From the NCBI RefSeq assembly GCF_009914755.1, contig NC_060934.1: DNA of 64,000 nt; one strand, written 5' to 3'. The position numbers were made by a program, and so were the translations under genes. The stretch is from the human T2T-CHM13v2.0 reference genome, Homo sapiens. The notes under the pieces were generated by a model. That model saw only the letters and a list, made by a program, of their open reading frames with translations, had not been told where the DNA came from and ran no database searches. Of the stretch, positions 1-20,309 are shown piece by piece (the first letter of the stretch is position 1; every line of letters starts with the position of its first letter).

Positions 1-1560
1 TCTCCTTTTGGAACTCTAACGATACAATGTTAGACCTTTTTTATTATCGCACATGTTCCGAAGGCCCTGTTAATTTTTCTCAAATCTATTTTTTCTCTGT
101 TACTCTGACTGGATAGTTTTTATTAAACTATCTTTGAGTTCACTGATCCCTTCCTCTGTCATATCCATTCCAATATTGAGACCTTTTAGTGAGGTTTTTT
201 CCAATTGTAGTTATTGTATTGTTCAGTTGTACTATTTCTGTCCAATTCTGTTTCTTGCTGTAACTGTCTATTTTTTTATTTGTTTCACGAGTGTTAGAAA
301 TTACTTGGTGGAACATTTTTGTGATAGCTGCTTTAAGTTCTTTTTCATATTTTGAAACAGGGTCTCCCTCTGTCACTCGAACTAGAGTGCAGTGGTATGT
401 TCATAGCTCACAGTAACCTCGAACTGGGATCCTCTTGCCCCAGCCTTCCTAGTAGCTAGGACTATAGGTATGCAACACCATATCCAGTTGATTTTTATTT
501 TTTATTTTTTTATTGAGATGGGTTCTCTGTATGTTGTCCAGGCCGGTTACAAATTTTTGGCCTCAAGCAATCCTCACACCTTGGCCTCCCAAAGTGTTGG
601 GATTACAGGTGTAAGCCACTATGCCTGGCCAATTGCTTTACGTTTTTTGTCAGATATTTTTAATATATTTTATTTTTACATTAGCATCTGTTGATTTTTT
701 TTTGCCCTGTGTGAAGTGATATTTTTCTAATTCTTCATATATTGAGTACTTTTGGATTTGTTCCTGGGCATGAATATTATGTCATGAGGTACTGAGTCTT
801 TAAAAATATTTATGTTAAATGTTATTTTTGTTTCAGCAAGCAATCAACCTGTTTAGGTTTAGGACACACAGTCCAGCCCACCTTCTGTGGACTGCAGTCC
901 CAAAGTTAATTCAGTTTTCAGAGTCTTTGCAATGTTATTTTTAGTTGTCCTGTGTGTGTGCCACCCAGTGGCCACTCTGAGACCTGGGCAATAATCTGTG
1001 AGTTCCATCCTTAAATTCTTTGCTGTATTGATTAAATCAGATCTACCCATGGTCAACTTTGGGGTGAGAACAGAAATTCATTAACAAATCTTTATGGTGC
1101 CTCTTTCCCAAGCTATTCCCTCTCTCTGATTTCCTGCCTATTATTTTCTATATAGTTTCCTGGGCCTCTGATTTTTAATTATTATGTCAGAAAACTGGGG
1201 ATTTAGTTGCTTCTCCATATATGCTTCTGCATCTAGAGAGAAACAGCAAGAAGACACAAGGAGAAATAAAATTAATAGAGGATTGACCCACCTTCTTGGG
1301 ATTGGGGCTCCATGGACTGCAAAAAGCAGTTTTCCTCACTCAAAACTTGGATTCCTGTGGGCTCTCATTCCATCTCTGCTGCCATCACAAAGAGATTGTA
1401 TGGGGCCTGGGACCCAAGAATGTGGAAGAAAAAAAATTAACGCAAGAAGATTTCCATACTTTCTCTAGGTACTAAGAAATCCCCTTTCTGTTTATTGAAC
1501 CAGAACTAGAGGGCTTTTCCTGGAGTTACTTTTACACGCTGGTGCCCAATTCTAGATTTC
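1..1560 (-). mobile_element. Old, degraded L1M-type fragment (ORF1/5' region), interrupted by an Alu
   Basis: T-rich sequence resembling antisense ancient L1 ORF1 region (minus ORF 140-376 is K/E-rich); boundaries approximate. Confidence 0.45.
345..630 (-). mobile_element. AluJ-like element, degraded
   Basis: gaaacagggtctccctctgtc...cctcccaaagtgttgggattacaggtgtaagccactatgcctggcc is antisense Alu with both arms. Confidence 0.85.
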
Positions 1561-2837
1561 AGTTTTTTGTTTTTTTTCTTTCAGTCTTTGTTCAGGTTTT
1601 ATAGTTGCATTCAGTGGGAGAGACACGGGGACTACACTTAGTCCATTGTACCCCAAACTGTAATTCCTCTATTAAATTTTTAGTACAACAATTCAACATT
1701 TTGTTTATTTTTAAGATGTTCATTTGTTCTAAGACCTTTATATTTTCTTTGTTTTTTTCTTTAATAGTTTATAATATTAATATAAACTATATTAACTTTC
1801 AACCAGGTAAAGATATGAAGGAAGTCTTTTATAATTTTGAAAATAATTTTACTTTTTCTCCCAACTATATTTGCTATTGTCTTGTTTATTTACATTGTGG
1901 TATTTCCTGTGTTTTTGGTTTTCCAATACTTTATTTACTACCCCATATCCTAATGGGACCATAGTATTTGAAATGGCAAAAACATTGAAGGCATCTATGT
2001 TTCTCTCTGTGTATGGCTGTGCTTTATCTCACATATAGTGATATGTAGTTTTATACATTTCATCTTTTCTGTCAAAATAGATTGTTAACAATTTGAATTT
2101 TTATCCTTTTATTTAGGAGACTAATGCTAATATTTCCTGATTTTTGGATGTGCTAGTGAGTATCCTGAGAATAAAGCCTATACATAGTTTCTTTTAAGAG
2201 CAATAGGATATTCTTAATGTGTCTTGTTTTTTATCTTTCTTTTTGTATACCATCTGTGGCTACTATAATAAAAATTATATTTTTGTGATTCTGGGATAGT
2301 GAGTTGGTATCAATTAATGACATCTAGATTGCTATCTATTTATTTCTCTATCTTCCTTACTGAGCTGTGACCACCTTAAGGGCAGGTGGAAACGGTTTCT
2401 TCATGTTTATGTTGTCAGCAGCCAGAACAGCCAGGCAACATGTGGATACAAAAATACTTATTCATATTATTTTCCGCTGTGTTAATTTCTTTGACATTCT
2501 ATATGTTTCTCAACTCTATTTTCTATGTTACTAATTGATTTTTCTGCAACATCAGTTCTATTTTTAACTACTTCCCATACTAATTTAAATGGTTCCATAG
2601 TGACATTCAAGTTTATTCTGTTCCTTTTTCAAAGGTGCCAAATAAATAATTCCTCATCGTTTTAAGATGTTTCAATTTTGTTCAAATTTTCTGAGAGATC
2701 AGGTTTCCTGACAGGCTGTTTTGCAGTTCTATTTTCATTGTTTGTCTATGGTAAGAGCTTAAATTGTCCAAGTCCAGGATTTGTGATTGGGTCATTCTTG
2801 AAGGAACATTCTTTTTTTTTTTTTTTTTTTTTTTTTT

Positions 2838-3262
2838 GGTTTAAAATAACAGAAATTCATTCTCACAGTTCCGTGGAGGCCAGAGGTCCAAAATGAATAT
2901 AACTACACCAAAATCAAATTGCTGGTGGATGCTTCATCCTCCAGAATTTCTAGGAGAGAATCTGTTACTTGATGCTTCCCATTTTTTTGTGGCTACTGGT
3001 ATTCCTTTGTTTGTGGCTGCATCACTCCAATCTCTGGCTTCATGGTCACATTGTCTTCTCTTCTTCTGTCTGCAATCTCCCTGCCTCTGATTAAACACAC
3101 TTGTGATTGCACTTAGGACCTATCTAGATCATCCAAGAAAATCTCCCTATCTCAAGATCCCCAACTTAATCACATCAGCAAAGACCTCATTTCCATGTAA
3201 GGTAATATAGGGTTCATGGATTAGGACCGGATGTCTTGGGGGCCATTATTCAGCTTACTACA
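2838..3262 (-). mobile_element. MLT1 (MaLR) LTR, MLT1D/E-like, ending at its poly(A) site
   Basis: Minus strand starts tgtagtaagctgaataatggcccc and ends actgtgagaatgaatttctgttattttaaacc followed by poly(A). Confidence 0.75.
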
Positions 3263-3274
3263 ACATATATTTAT

Positions 3275-3420
3275 ACACTTTGTGCCTGGATGAGTTCTCA
3301 GTATTTTAAATGTCTTAAGTTACTCTCACAACAATCTATGATATAGGTACTATTATTTTCATTTTTCAGATGGCAAGGCTGATGCAGAGAAAGGTCATAA
3401 TAATTTGCCCAAGCTCGATC
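3275..3420. mobile_element. MIR fragment
   Basis: MIR core-like ctcacaacaatctatgatataggtactattattttcatttttcagatg...aatttgcccaag. Confidence 0.6.
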
Positions 3421-3469
3421 ATACTCACATGTTCTTTGACCACATGCAATTACTTAGAACCAACAACAA

Positions 3470-4090
3470 AAGCTATTTTTTAAATTTTCTATTCTGAAAT
3501 AATTCCAGATTTACAATAAATCTGCAAAACAGTACAAAGCATTCCTATAACTTCACTTAGATTTTCCAAAGGTTAACATCTTACCACATTTACTGTACCA
3601 TTTTCTCTCTGTATAATTTGTCCAGAACCAGTTGCATATACAATACTCTGTTAACCCTAAACGTTCAGTATGCATTTCCTAAAAAACAAGGACTTTTTCC
3701 TCAAGAAACCATGACATTATTAGCAAAATCAGAAAGTCACACTGTTATAAGCTATTAATAATTTAAAGACCTTACTAAAATTTTACCGATAGTCTCAAAA
3801 ATGTCTGATAGAGCAAAAGTTTAAATTGATCAGGATCCAATCAAGAAACATGTGCTGCATATACTTGTCACATCTCTTTAGTCTCCCTTAACCTGAAATT
3901 TTTGACAGGCATAGGCTGGTAATTTTGTAGGATATTCCTCAGTTTAGCTTTTTCTGATATTTCTCTCCACTATGATCATGTTATATATTTTTGGCAGGAA
4001 TATCACATAATTAATGTGTCTTTGGCACATTTTGTCAGGATTCACAAAATATAGAATTGTCTTATTAACAGTGATATTAACAATACAAAT
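3470..4090 (-). mobile_element. Old L1M (L1ME/L1MC-like) 3' fragment
   Basis: ttattctgaaataattccagatttaca...tttttggcaggaatatcaca resembles antisense old L1M 3' ends. Confidence 0.5.
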
Positions 4091-4141
4091 TTTTTTTGAA
4101 AAAGAAATACATTTCTAAAACTCTTAAGTCTGTGCATATAA

Positions 4142-6861
<2,720 letters not shown>

Positions 6862-9800
6862 AAAAACACTTTAACGAACAGGTCAAATAAATCATAATGT
6901 AAAGATATAAGTGGAAAAGCAATAAAAATATGTATAGATACATGTTTGTATGTACGCATACACCCAATCATGGGGTGAAGCAAAGGAGATAATTCAGATA
7001 AACTCAGATACTTACTATAGAAAAAACCTTGAAGATGAATGAGATAAATGTCCAATTTACAAAATGAGAAAAACCAACAGAACAAACCATCCGAAAGCAG
7101 AACATAAAAGAGAAGGGGAGAGAGAGTGAACAAAGCTAAGGTTGGTCTGAAGGAACATTCTTAACTTTCATTTCCAACTGGGGTTGAGTGATGGCTTCTC
7201 TGGGCTGCTAAAGTGCATAGTTTCAGTTTTCTCCATAATCAGAAAGAAATGATCATCAATATTGCTTCTAAATTTGAGGTTTTATTTTTGTGCTAAATGG
7301 AAGAAGTTTATTAGAAATAATAAACTATTAATAGAATAGAAATAATAAACTATTAGAAATAGAAATATCTTCCCACTTTTCAGAATATCAAGTATTTCCA
7401 AACATGGAATAGAGCTCATGAGAAAGAGCTCCTTTCCATTTGGAGTAAGGGTCAAAAAAAGCATTTGTCTTTTTGTAATCAAATTGTCAGAGTCCTTCCT
7501 ACCCCTGTATTAGGGCTGGTATTGGCGCTCAAGCCTGTTGGCACATTTGCCCCTCCAGCCTCTCAGCTGAGAGGAAACAGGTCCCTGCTGGATCAGGGCC
7601 TGAGTCGGAGCTTACCCTTGGGAGGGTCCAGTCAGCCTTGGCCTGGCTGTGCCTCTGTATGTAGAGTATACGTCCTGAGTATACGCCCAGGAGGTCTCTG
7701 GCCATGCCAGGTTATTCTCTTGAGCCACTGTCCCTTCTGTGCAGGGTTCTAGGCTTGCGTTGGCTGCTGGTGCCAACTTTTAATTCTCTCCAATCTTGTC
7801 AGAGAGATTATACATTTGCTGCAGAATATGAAATATGCTCAAAATCTTGTCAAACATTTTGGGTGTTAATGTGGATTTTTTCTTACCCTTTGACAGAAAA
7901 TGTCAAGGATATTTTAAGAGAAAAAAGGGAGAAGGAGCCTTATATGAATTCTCTTTCAGTGCCATCTTTCTGGAATGATAATATATTTCTATCTTAACTT
8001 CCGTGCCTGTTATTTTCATCTGAGAATTCTTTCTGTGTCATGTCTGATGGCTTCTTAGTTTTCAGTTTCATACTTTTTTGATGATGTTTTCATCTTTTGG
8101 ACAATACTCCCCATTATCATTTTTGATTCTGTTATTGATTGTGAGTCTACTGTCTCACATTCTTTCCTATCCTTATAAAATTCCCTTTGTCTTTTGCCAT
8201 AGTTCAGCTATTCTCTACATAAAGTCACTGAGAGTCAGGAGAATGAGTCTTATGTTAGCTTCGTCTTTCTTGACATTCCATACCCCTTTCTTTTATAAAG
8301 TTATGATCTTTAGGTAGAAAATAATTAAAATATAACAACCATTGCTATGTTCTTCAGTTTTTCCTCAGCTCTCTAAAATTTCTATATGCGCAGTTCATTT
8401 CATTTTTATTTTACTTGCTCCCAGGTGATGTGGGAGAAATTCATGATCCATGTATGGAGGACATAGCATAAGACTTTCCATCATGTACCAGACTAATGTT
8501 TCAAGAGGAAAGCATATCTGTCAGAGCAATATATGATCATCTAAACCAGGCATTTTGGTTACTATTTCCCCAAACTTGGCCAGGTTACTTTAAGCACTAA
8601 AGGTAAAGTTGTAAAAGGATCTATAATAATATCTCAGGAGCATCCAGGAGCAAGAAATATATGTATATACCCACAGGAGACTAGAATCAAGACCTGAAAG
8701 AACATCTAGAGCCAGGGTTCTTCTTTCTTCTTTTTCAGGGCTGCATAGCCTCACCTCTGTACTTGTCTGTTATCCAGGCATTTCCCTCTCTTTTGTGCAT
8801 ACGAATAAGGCCCCAAAGTGGCCATTTCCAGCTGAGTTTCTCATCACTTTCTAGTTCAAATGAACAGCAGAAATTGGCTAATATTCTCAATTCCCAATTT
8901 CTGGGAGGAAAAATCTATTGGCCTAGATTGGGTCCAATCAGTTCTATCAAATAGGAGTTCAAAGGTGCATCTTTTTGCGTGGGGTGGTAGTTCCTAGAAA
9001 TAGAAGTACGTAGGATGGAAAGAAATTACAAAAAGGATCTGCCACAATGTATCCTTTTTAGAACTTCACTGACTACCAAGCTATTTTGGACATGGCAAGT
9101 GTAATTTTCTCTCTAGTTTATTCACCCCACTCCTTCTTAGAATTTGAACTGTTTCTATTTTTCCAGAATGCCTTGTTCTTATCTTCCAAGGGCAGAATCT
9201 TGAATATGTGGTTTTTAGCTTTAAAATAGGCCAGAGATACTTCATTCTTTAATCCTTCTTCCTGCATGCCAGTTTCCTTATCTCTAAAAAGTGGACATAA
9301 TGATACCTCTGGCTATGGGGAAATTAAATAAGATCATATATATAAAAGTACCCAGAATTGTACCTGTCATATGATACACACTCAAATGATTTTGAGCCAT
9401 AGTCTATTATATTCTTGCACTGGACACCAATTTATCCCCTGTCCTTAGGAATATTTTTCTTCTTTCTGGCTTCCTTCCTTTATTACTTTTTACAGTAGCA
9501 CACTGCCTTTGCCAAGCCCCTGTCTTGTTTGAAGAATTCTGCTCCTTGAAAATTGGAATAGGATTTGTGCATTTTCAGTCTATCAAAAACTTTCAATTTT
9601 GCATTAGCTTCTCAAAGACCATTGACACAAGCTTGTTGATTTTATTTGCAAATTCTCTTTGTACCTTGGCTCCTTATGTCTCAGCCAAAATAATTGAAAA
9701 CACTAAGAGAAAATGGATGTTTTTATCATCTCCTAATAAATTTAAGGCTCTAATTCTCTCACAATGGTTCAGTCCTTTTCTTTTCAGTCCGAATACCAGG

Positions 9801-10284
9801 TTCTTGAAGAAGCCAATGGAATGTAAGGAAATTCACTTTCCTTTCTCCATCAGTATTACACAGTTGATCCCAAGTTTATCTCTTGGACTTCTCCAGCTCT
9901 TAGAGTAACTGAGAAATCCTTTACTGGGAGTCTTAGTGTTTTTGTAAACCACAGCTCACCCTGGTTCCCGTCTTTCATGTCTCTGTCCACCATGTGCCTC
10001 CTTTCCATTTTGAGTGTTTCTTTTTTACAATTAGAAATGATTACTGTTCAGTGGGAAGGTCCAATGTTTCCTTTAGATAACAATTTTGTTAGTTAACTGG
10101 TGAAATGATTTACTTATTCCACATCTGATTCTGGGGAGAGTTTGAAGCAGCTATACCTATGCTGTACTAATCATTATCCATTGCATGTTAGCTATTTAAA
10201 ATAGCAGACAGTTGCTTGAGGGCAGGTACCAAGCCTCAGCCATATATCTCCTTTACCTAGAATGCAGCCTGGTACCTAAGGATA

Positions 10285-10520
10285 ATGATAGGCACCATTT
10301 TACTGAGCTTTCACTAGGTGCCAGGCACTTTAATTATATTGTCTTATTGAATCATCACAGTAATCCTATGGCATAAATGCTGTTACCTCTCCATTTTTAT
10401 GGATTAAGCATCTCTAATGCAGAGAGGCTAGTAAACAGGCCCAAGATCCCAACTATGAAGGGTGGGGCTGGGGTTAAATGCCATTGGCTAGAGTCCAGGA
10501 CCAGGCCCTTAGACACTATG
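10285..10520. mobile_element. MIR
   Basis: ttactgagctttcactaggtgccaggcact...cccaagatcccaacta, MIR core. Confidence 0.6.
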
Positions 10521-11625
10521 CTATTCTGTCTTACTTATTTTATGTTGAGGACCCAGGCCCTCTTTCTCACCAGGGTCATTTACAAATGCAACACAGAATC
10601 ACATTTTTGAAAATTATCTTCCTTCCCAAATTATCATGGTTTATAATCCTGCCTACTATTTCTCTTAAATTTCTGAAATATGCCTTCAAAAACATAGCAT
10701 ATACATTCAATTTTGCCCAACTGTTTCTCTTTTTGCTACCATGAGGTAATATGACAATATTCTTTCAAGTTCTTGAAATTTCCACTTCACTAACCCTTTC
10801 TTCTTGGTGGTCAGAAGAAAGTCTAAGGTGAGACTTTTGATCACTTCCTTCACCATCTGCCACCCCTCTCTCCAATTCAGTATCTTTTGTGTAGGTCACA
10901 CTGTTCTATATCAATGTTCCCAACTGGAGTTTCTTCCTGTTAAACTTTGGGATTCCATATAAGCGTATTTTCCATACTATTTTAATTTCTCCTAATATGT
11001 TATGTGTTTTGTTTTACAGATGTTGAGAGCAATATTGTTTGTTATGTGAATAAGTGGATTTCTTTGAATAAATCATGGCCACTGTTGTCATTTAAAAGTC
11101 CTAGCTGCTTTCTTCTGTAGGGGTTTATTTCATGAATTTATTTAGATATTTCTCTTTTGGTCTTAGACCAATAACCATTTAAAAGACATATCTCCCCATA
11201 GTGTCCTTGGATTTTTAGATTGAATGTCCTGCCTTTGGAATGACCAAAAACAATTCCAATTACCTATAACTAAAACAATTCAAAGATGGACAGAATAGTA
11301 AGTAACACCAGCTCAGAATCAAGGCTTTACGTGGATGATTCCCTGCTTCCTTCTTCAAGGTCGGGGTGGGTTTTGCAAGATGCTGGACACTAGAGGACAG
11401 TCCAAATGGTCATCACAAGTTTATCCTTCGTTGGAGGTTTTTTTTTTCACAATGACATAGAGAAACATGAAAAAGATACATAAACATTGGGATTTAAGGT
11501 TTATAGGCTTCTCAAACATGGCATAAGGCTATCATGTCTATTATTTGAATTAAGCAACAGGGAAGGAGAGGGTAGCACAGCTGTGTTTTTGGGAGAAAAA
11601 AAATCTGACCTATTTCATGGTGTGC

Positions 11626-11626
<1 letters not shown>

Positions 11627-11654
<28 letters not shown>
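11627..11654. repeat. (TG)n microsatellite
   Basis: Direct reading. Confidence 0.95.
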
Positions 11655-11656
<2 letters not shown>

Positions 11657-13159
11657 TATGCACACAGGTATATTAGCAAAGTTAAGATTCTCTGATCACT
11701 GAAGCCTTTTCCTTCTTTTTCATCTTAACATCCTCTTGGTGAGACCAGTTGGCTTGGAAGTTAAATATAACCCTAGCTAAGAGCTTACAGATTTATTATC
11801 TTAAATTTTGCTCCAGAAATCCAAATTATATTCATTAATATAGTTCCCGTGTTCTTCTCTCCTTTCCAGGTTCAAATCCTTGCCCAGGCTTCTAGACCAC
11901 CTGCCTTCTTATTGTAAACCTTACCGACCCATAGGTCCTTGTTTTTTAGTTTCTTAATGCTCTGGCTCTGTTTCTGGAGGGAGTTTCCTAAGCATGCCTT
12001 CCTAATGATTTGGAGTCTCATTTCTGTCTCCAGATCTCAGGGTCCTACTCAAGTCCTTTCCATTCTATTGATGTCAATTTTGAGTTTCCTCCAATGACCT
12101 AACTAGTCACTGGAGAAGCTAGAGTTTCAATCCAGGAGAAATTTACACCAAAGGGCAGCTGTTTTCACAAACTTGTGCAGCTTTCCTGTCGGAGGGTTTC
12201 ATCATTGTTCCATGGAATACAAGCTGTCACTTTCTCTAGAAAGTCAGTCTCCCATTGTGGAGGGTTTTCCTGAATGCAGAGCACCATGTGGGCTGACTTT
12301 TGGATTTCATTCTTATGTAAGGGAGGGGTTAAAGAGATTCCTTATTAAGGTGCAGGCTTGAGTCTTGTTCACTGCCAGGGACAAAGCACATTTCTATTCT
12401 CCGTTTTGTATGATGTTTTCTTTAAGACATAATTGCACTCTTTCTAGAGGAGAACCTGTGTAGGATGGTCCTGTTCCAATACCTGCAGAATGTGGCTATA
12501 GGACTCAGGAGGTAGAGAAGGTCAAGATTATCCCAGGGTGTTCCTGGCTTACCTTCCATGTATGTCCCTAGAGATGCAACATTTATGGAAAGGAGCTGGT
12601 TTAAAAGGGGATGCCTATGTGAGAATATGAGGAAATGGGCTATTTTTAGCTTTGCTATGCTTTAAAGCTCAGAAAATCAGGAGCCATATAGAGGATTAAC
12701 CCAATCTCTTTCCTGCTGTGCTGCTACTGAAAAAGACTCTGAAGGCGTTACGGCCTGACTTTCATTAAGAACGTCTCAGTCATCGAGTTGAATCAGGACC
12801 TGACTCTGGGGTGGGATTGCTTTGCAGGGATGTATTCCAAGAGGCTTTGTAGCGAACCCATTACTTTAGACACGGCCAAGAAGGAGAATGCGGTTTTGTT
12901 TGGTGAAAAAATAAGATTGCAGCCATCAGGGAAAATAGGAAAGGAGAGGAATTTCTGATGAGAGTTTTTACCTTGGTATCAGGACCCCTAAAGCTACAGC
13001 CTGTGACTAATTGGATCAAACCCATAAGTCAGGACATGCCTGGGTTAAGCTCTAAATAATGTCTAAGGACAATGGCTTAGTTCCACAGCCCTGGACAGGC
13101 TCATCACATCTAATCCATGGAAAGAAGGAGGGAATTCAAAATGTATGAATCACCTCCTA

Positions 13160-13330
13160 GAGGGGCTTGGTACTTGAATTATGTTATTTTATTTACTCTT
13201 AAAAACCCTTTGAGAATGAGAACTGTTATTATTATTCACATTTCATAATTAAGTTACAGAAGCTCAGGAAGACTCAGTAAGTAGCTCAAGATCACAGAGC
13301 TGGTAAGTGGCAGAACCTGGGTCTGACATC
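13160..13330. mobile_element. MIR fragment
   Basis: aagtagctcaagatcacagagctggtaagtggcagaacctgg. Confidence 0.55.
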
Positions 13331-13417
13331 ATGGCCCGTGATTTGGAAGGGCAGATCATTGGGTCTTGTCTATTTAATCTTAACCAAATGGTGACCCCCA
13401 GTATAGGATATGCTTTG

Positions 13418-13421
<4 letters not shown>

Positions 13422-13466
<45 letters not shown>
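13422..13466. repeat. (AC)n microsatellite
   Basis: Direct reading, about 22 units. Confidence 0.95.
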
Positions 13467-13469
<3 letters not shown>

Positions 13470-14125
13470 CAAATAATGACTTGTGAGCATCTGTAGAGAA
13501 AGTGTGATTACTAGGACACAGACGAGTTTATTCAGAACAAGCCGTTTTTGATTAACTTCGTTTTTTTGTTGTTGGTGGTAAGGTTACTAGATAAAACAAG
13601 TTGTGAGGAGTGACCCTAATAATTGTTACTGGAAATAGCAATTGTGACTGTAGATAGCTTCTCATGAGCAGATTACCAGGAGAACATTACTCAGATCCCC
13701 TCACCCTTTGCAAGCATTTCCTCACTTCATTTGACACTGGACCCCTGCTGGTGACCCTGCTTAGAATTGATTACTTGGAATCAGTTTGGGTCTATGTTAT
13801 GTTCCAAGCTCCTGATGCATTACTCATGACTAACACTGCTTCTCCCCTCCCACTTTTCTTTTGGCTTCTGCATTTGTAACTGTCAAGAACCCTTCCAGTT
13901 TTGAAGACTGCTATGTCTTCCAGTCTCTGCTGAGGATGGCATCAGTTGTAAGTTTTTACATAAACATGACAAGTACCTTGAATATATAAATAGACAAGGG
14001 CGGGTTCCTGAGAAGGGAGTAAAGTGGCCATGGATCTAGGGATGCAGGGCAGGAGTGGAAATGAGTAGGCAGCAGAGCCAAGCTTCATCAGTGAAAGGAC
14101 AAGTGATGTATTTTTTTTTTTAATT

Positions 14126-14156
<31 letters not shown>

Positions 14157-14360
14157 TTATACTTTAAGTTTTAGGGTACATGTGCACATTGTGCAGGTTA
14201 GTTACATATGTATACATGTGCCATGCTGGTGCGCTGCACACACTAACTCATCATCTAGCATTAGGTATATCTCCCAGTGCTATCCCTCCCCCCTCCCCCC
14301 ACCCCACGACAGTCCCCAGAGTGTGATATTCCCCTTCCTGTGTCCATGTGATCTCATTGT

Positions 14361-18211
<3,851 letters not shown>

Positions 18212-18247
18212 TTAGTTGATGCAGTTTCTTCCTAGTCTCGATGGTCT

Positions 18248-19264
18248 TTACATTTTGGCATGATTTTGCAGTGGCTGGTACCGGTTGTTCCTTTCCATGT
18301 TTAGTGCTTCCTTCAGGAGCTCTTTTAGGGCAGGCCTGGTGGTGACAAAATCTCTCAGCATTTGCTTGTCTGTAAAGTATTTTATTTCTCCTTCACTTAT
18401 GACGCTTAGTTTGGCTGGATATGAAATTCTGGGTTGAAAATTCTTTTCTTTAAGAATGTTGAATATTGGCCCCCACTCTCTTCTGGCTTGTAGGGTTTCT
18501 GCTGAGAGATCTGCTGTTAATCTGATGGGCTTCCCTTTGAGGGTAACCCGACCTTTCTCTCTGGCTGCCCTTAACATTTTTTCCTTCATTTCAACTTTGG
18601 TGAATCTGACAATTATGTGTGTTGGAGTTGCTCTTCTCGAGGAGTATCTTTGTGGCATTCTCTGTATTTCCTGAATCTGAACGTTGGCCTGCCTTGCTAG
18701 ATTGGGGAAGTTCTCCTGGATAATATCCTGCAGAGTGTTTTCCAACTTGGTTCCATTCTCCCCATCACTTTCAGGTACACCAGTCAGACGTAGATTTGGT
18801 CTTTTCACATAGTCCCATATTTCTTGGAGGCTTTGCTCATTTCTTTTTATTCTTTTTTCTCTAAACTTCCCTTCTTGCTTCATTTCATTCATTTCATCTT
18901 CCATTGCTGATACCCTTTCTTCCAGTTGATTGCATCGGCTCCTGAGGCTTCTGCATTCTTCACGTAGTTCTCGAGCCTTGGTTTTCAGCTCCATCAGCTC
19001 CTTTAAGCACTTCTCTATATTGGTTATTCTAGTTATACATTCTTCTAAATTTTTTTCAAAGTTTTCAACTTCTTTGCCTTTGGTTTGAATGTCCTCCCGT
19101 AGCTCAGAGTTATTTGATCGTCTGAAGCCTTCTTCTCTCAGCTCGTCAAAGTCATTCTCCATCCAGCTTTGTTCCGTTGCTGGTGAGGAACTGCGTTCCT
19201 TTGGAGGAGGAGAGGCACTCTGCTTTTTAGAGTTTCCAGTTTTTCTGTTCTGTTTTTTCCCCAT
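18248..19264 (-). CDS. ORF1: L1 ORF1p RNA-binding chaperone, intact 338 aa
   Basis: MGKKQNRKTGNSK...YQPLQNHAKM with coiled coil, REKG, ARR and YPAKLS motifs. Confidence 0.95.
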   Translation of the reverse strand: MGKKQNRKTGNSKKQSASPPPKERSSSPATEQSWMENDFDELREEGFRRSNNSELREDIQTKGKEVENFEKNLEECITRITNIEKCLKELMELKTKARELREECRSLRSRCNQLEERVSAMEDEMNEMKQEGKFREKRIKRNEQSLQEIWDYVKRPNLRLTGVPESDGENGTKLENTLQDIIQENFPNLARQANVQIQEIQRMPQRYSSRRATPTHIIVRFTKVEMKEKMLRAAREKGRVTLKGKPIRLTADLSAETLQARREWGPIFNILKEKNFQPRISYPAKLSVISEGEIKYFTDKQMLRDFVTTRPALKELLKEALNMERNNRYQPLQNHAKM

Positions 19265-20162
19265 CTTTGTGGTTTTATCTACTTTTGGTCTTTGATGATG
19301 GTGATGTACAGATGGGTTTTTGGTGTGGATGTCCTTTCTGTTTGTTAGTTTTCCTTCTAACAGACAGGACCCTCAGCTGCAGGTCTGTTGGAGTAAACTG
19401 CTGTGTGAGGTGTCAGTGTGCCCCTGCTGGGGGGGTGCCTCCCAGTTAGGCTGCTCGGGGGTCAGGGACCCACTTGAGGAGGCAGTCTGCCAGTTCTCAG
19501 ATCTCCAGCTGCGTGCTGGGAGAACCACTGCTCTCTTCAAAGCTGTCAGACAGGGACATTTAAGTCTGCAGAGGTTACTGCTGTCTTTTTGTTTGTCTGT
19601 GCCCTGCCCCCAGAGGTGGAGCCTACAGAGGCAGGCAGGCCTCCCTGAACTGTGGTGGGCTCCACCCATTTGGAGCCTCCCGGCTGCTTTGTTTACCTAA
19701 GCAAGCCTGGGCAATGGCGGGCGCCCCTCCCCCAGCCTCGCTGCCGCCTTGCAGTTTGATCTCAGACTGCTGTGCTAGCAATCAGCGAGACTCCGTGGGC
19801 ATAGGACCCTTAGAGCCAGGTGCCGGATATAATCTCATGGTGCACCGTTTTTTAAGCCGGTCGGAAAAGCGCAGTATTTGGGTGGGAGTGACCCGATTTT
19901 CCAGGTGCCGTCTGTCACCCATTTCTTTGACTCGGAAAGGGAACTCCCTGACCCCTTGCACTTCCCAAGTGAGGCAATGCCTTGCCCTGCTTCGGCTCGC
20001 GCACGGTGCGTGCACCCACTGACCTGCGCCCACTGTCTGGCACTCCCTAGTGAGACGAACCCGGTACCTCAGATGGAAATGCAGAAATCACCCATCTTCT
20101 GCGTCGCTCACGCTGGGAGCTGTAGACAGGAGCTGTTCCTATTCGGCCATCTTGGCTCCTCC
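19265..20162 (-). promoter_or_regulatory. L1 5'UTR internal sense promoter and antisense promoter
   Basis: YY1 site CAAGATGGCCG intact (20144-20154, minus); CpG-rich. Confidence 0.85.
19714..20022 (+). CDS. ORF0: L1 antisense ORF0, open 102-aa form
   Basis: MAGAPPPASLPPCSLISDCCASNQRDSVG is the ORF0 N-terminus; strong Kozak context GCAATGG. Confidence 0.8.
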   Translation: MAGAPPPASLPPCSLISDCCASNQRDSVGIGPLEPGAGYNLMVHRFLSRSEKRSIWVGVTRFSRCRLSPISLTRKGNSLTPCTSQVRQCLALLRLAHGACTH

Positions 20163-20309
20163 AGCACAAGTGATGTATTGACTGAATAATGTGAGTCAGC
20201 TGAAATATCCCCGTGTGTGACCAAGAGAGGGGATAAAGAAGGCATCAGCTCAGCTGTGTGAGGAAGAGAATGTGCCTGCAGTGGGGGAGACAGCGGCTGT
20301 TTTGGCTGT

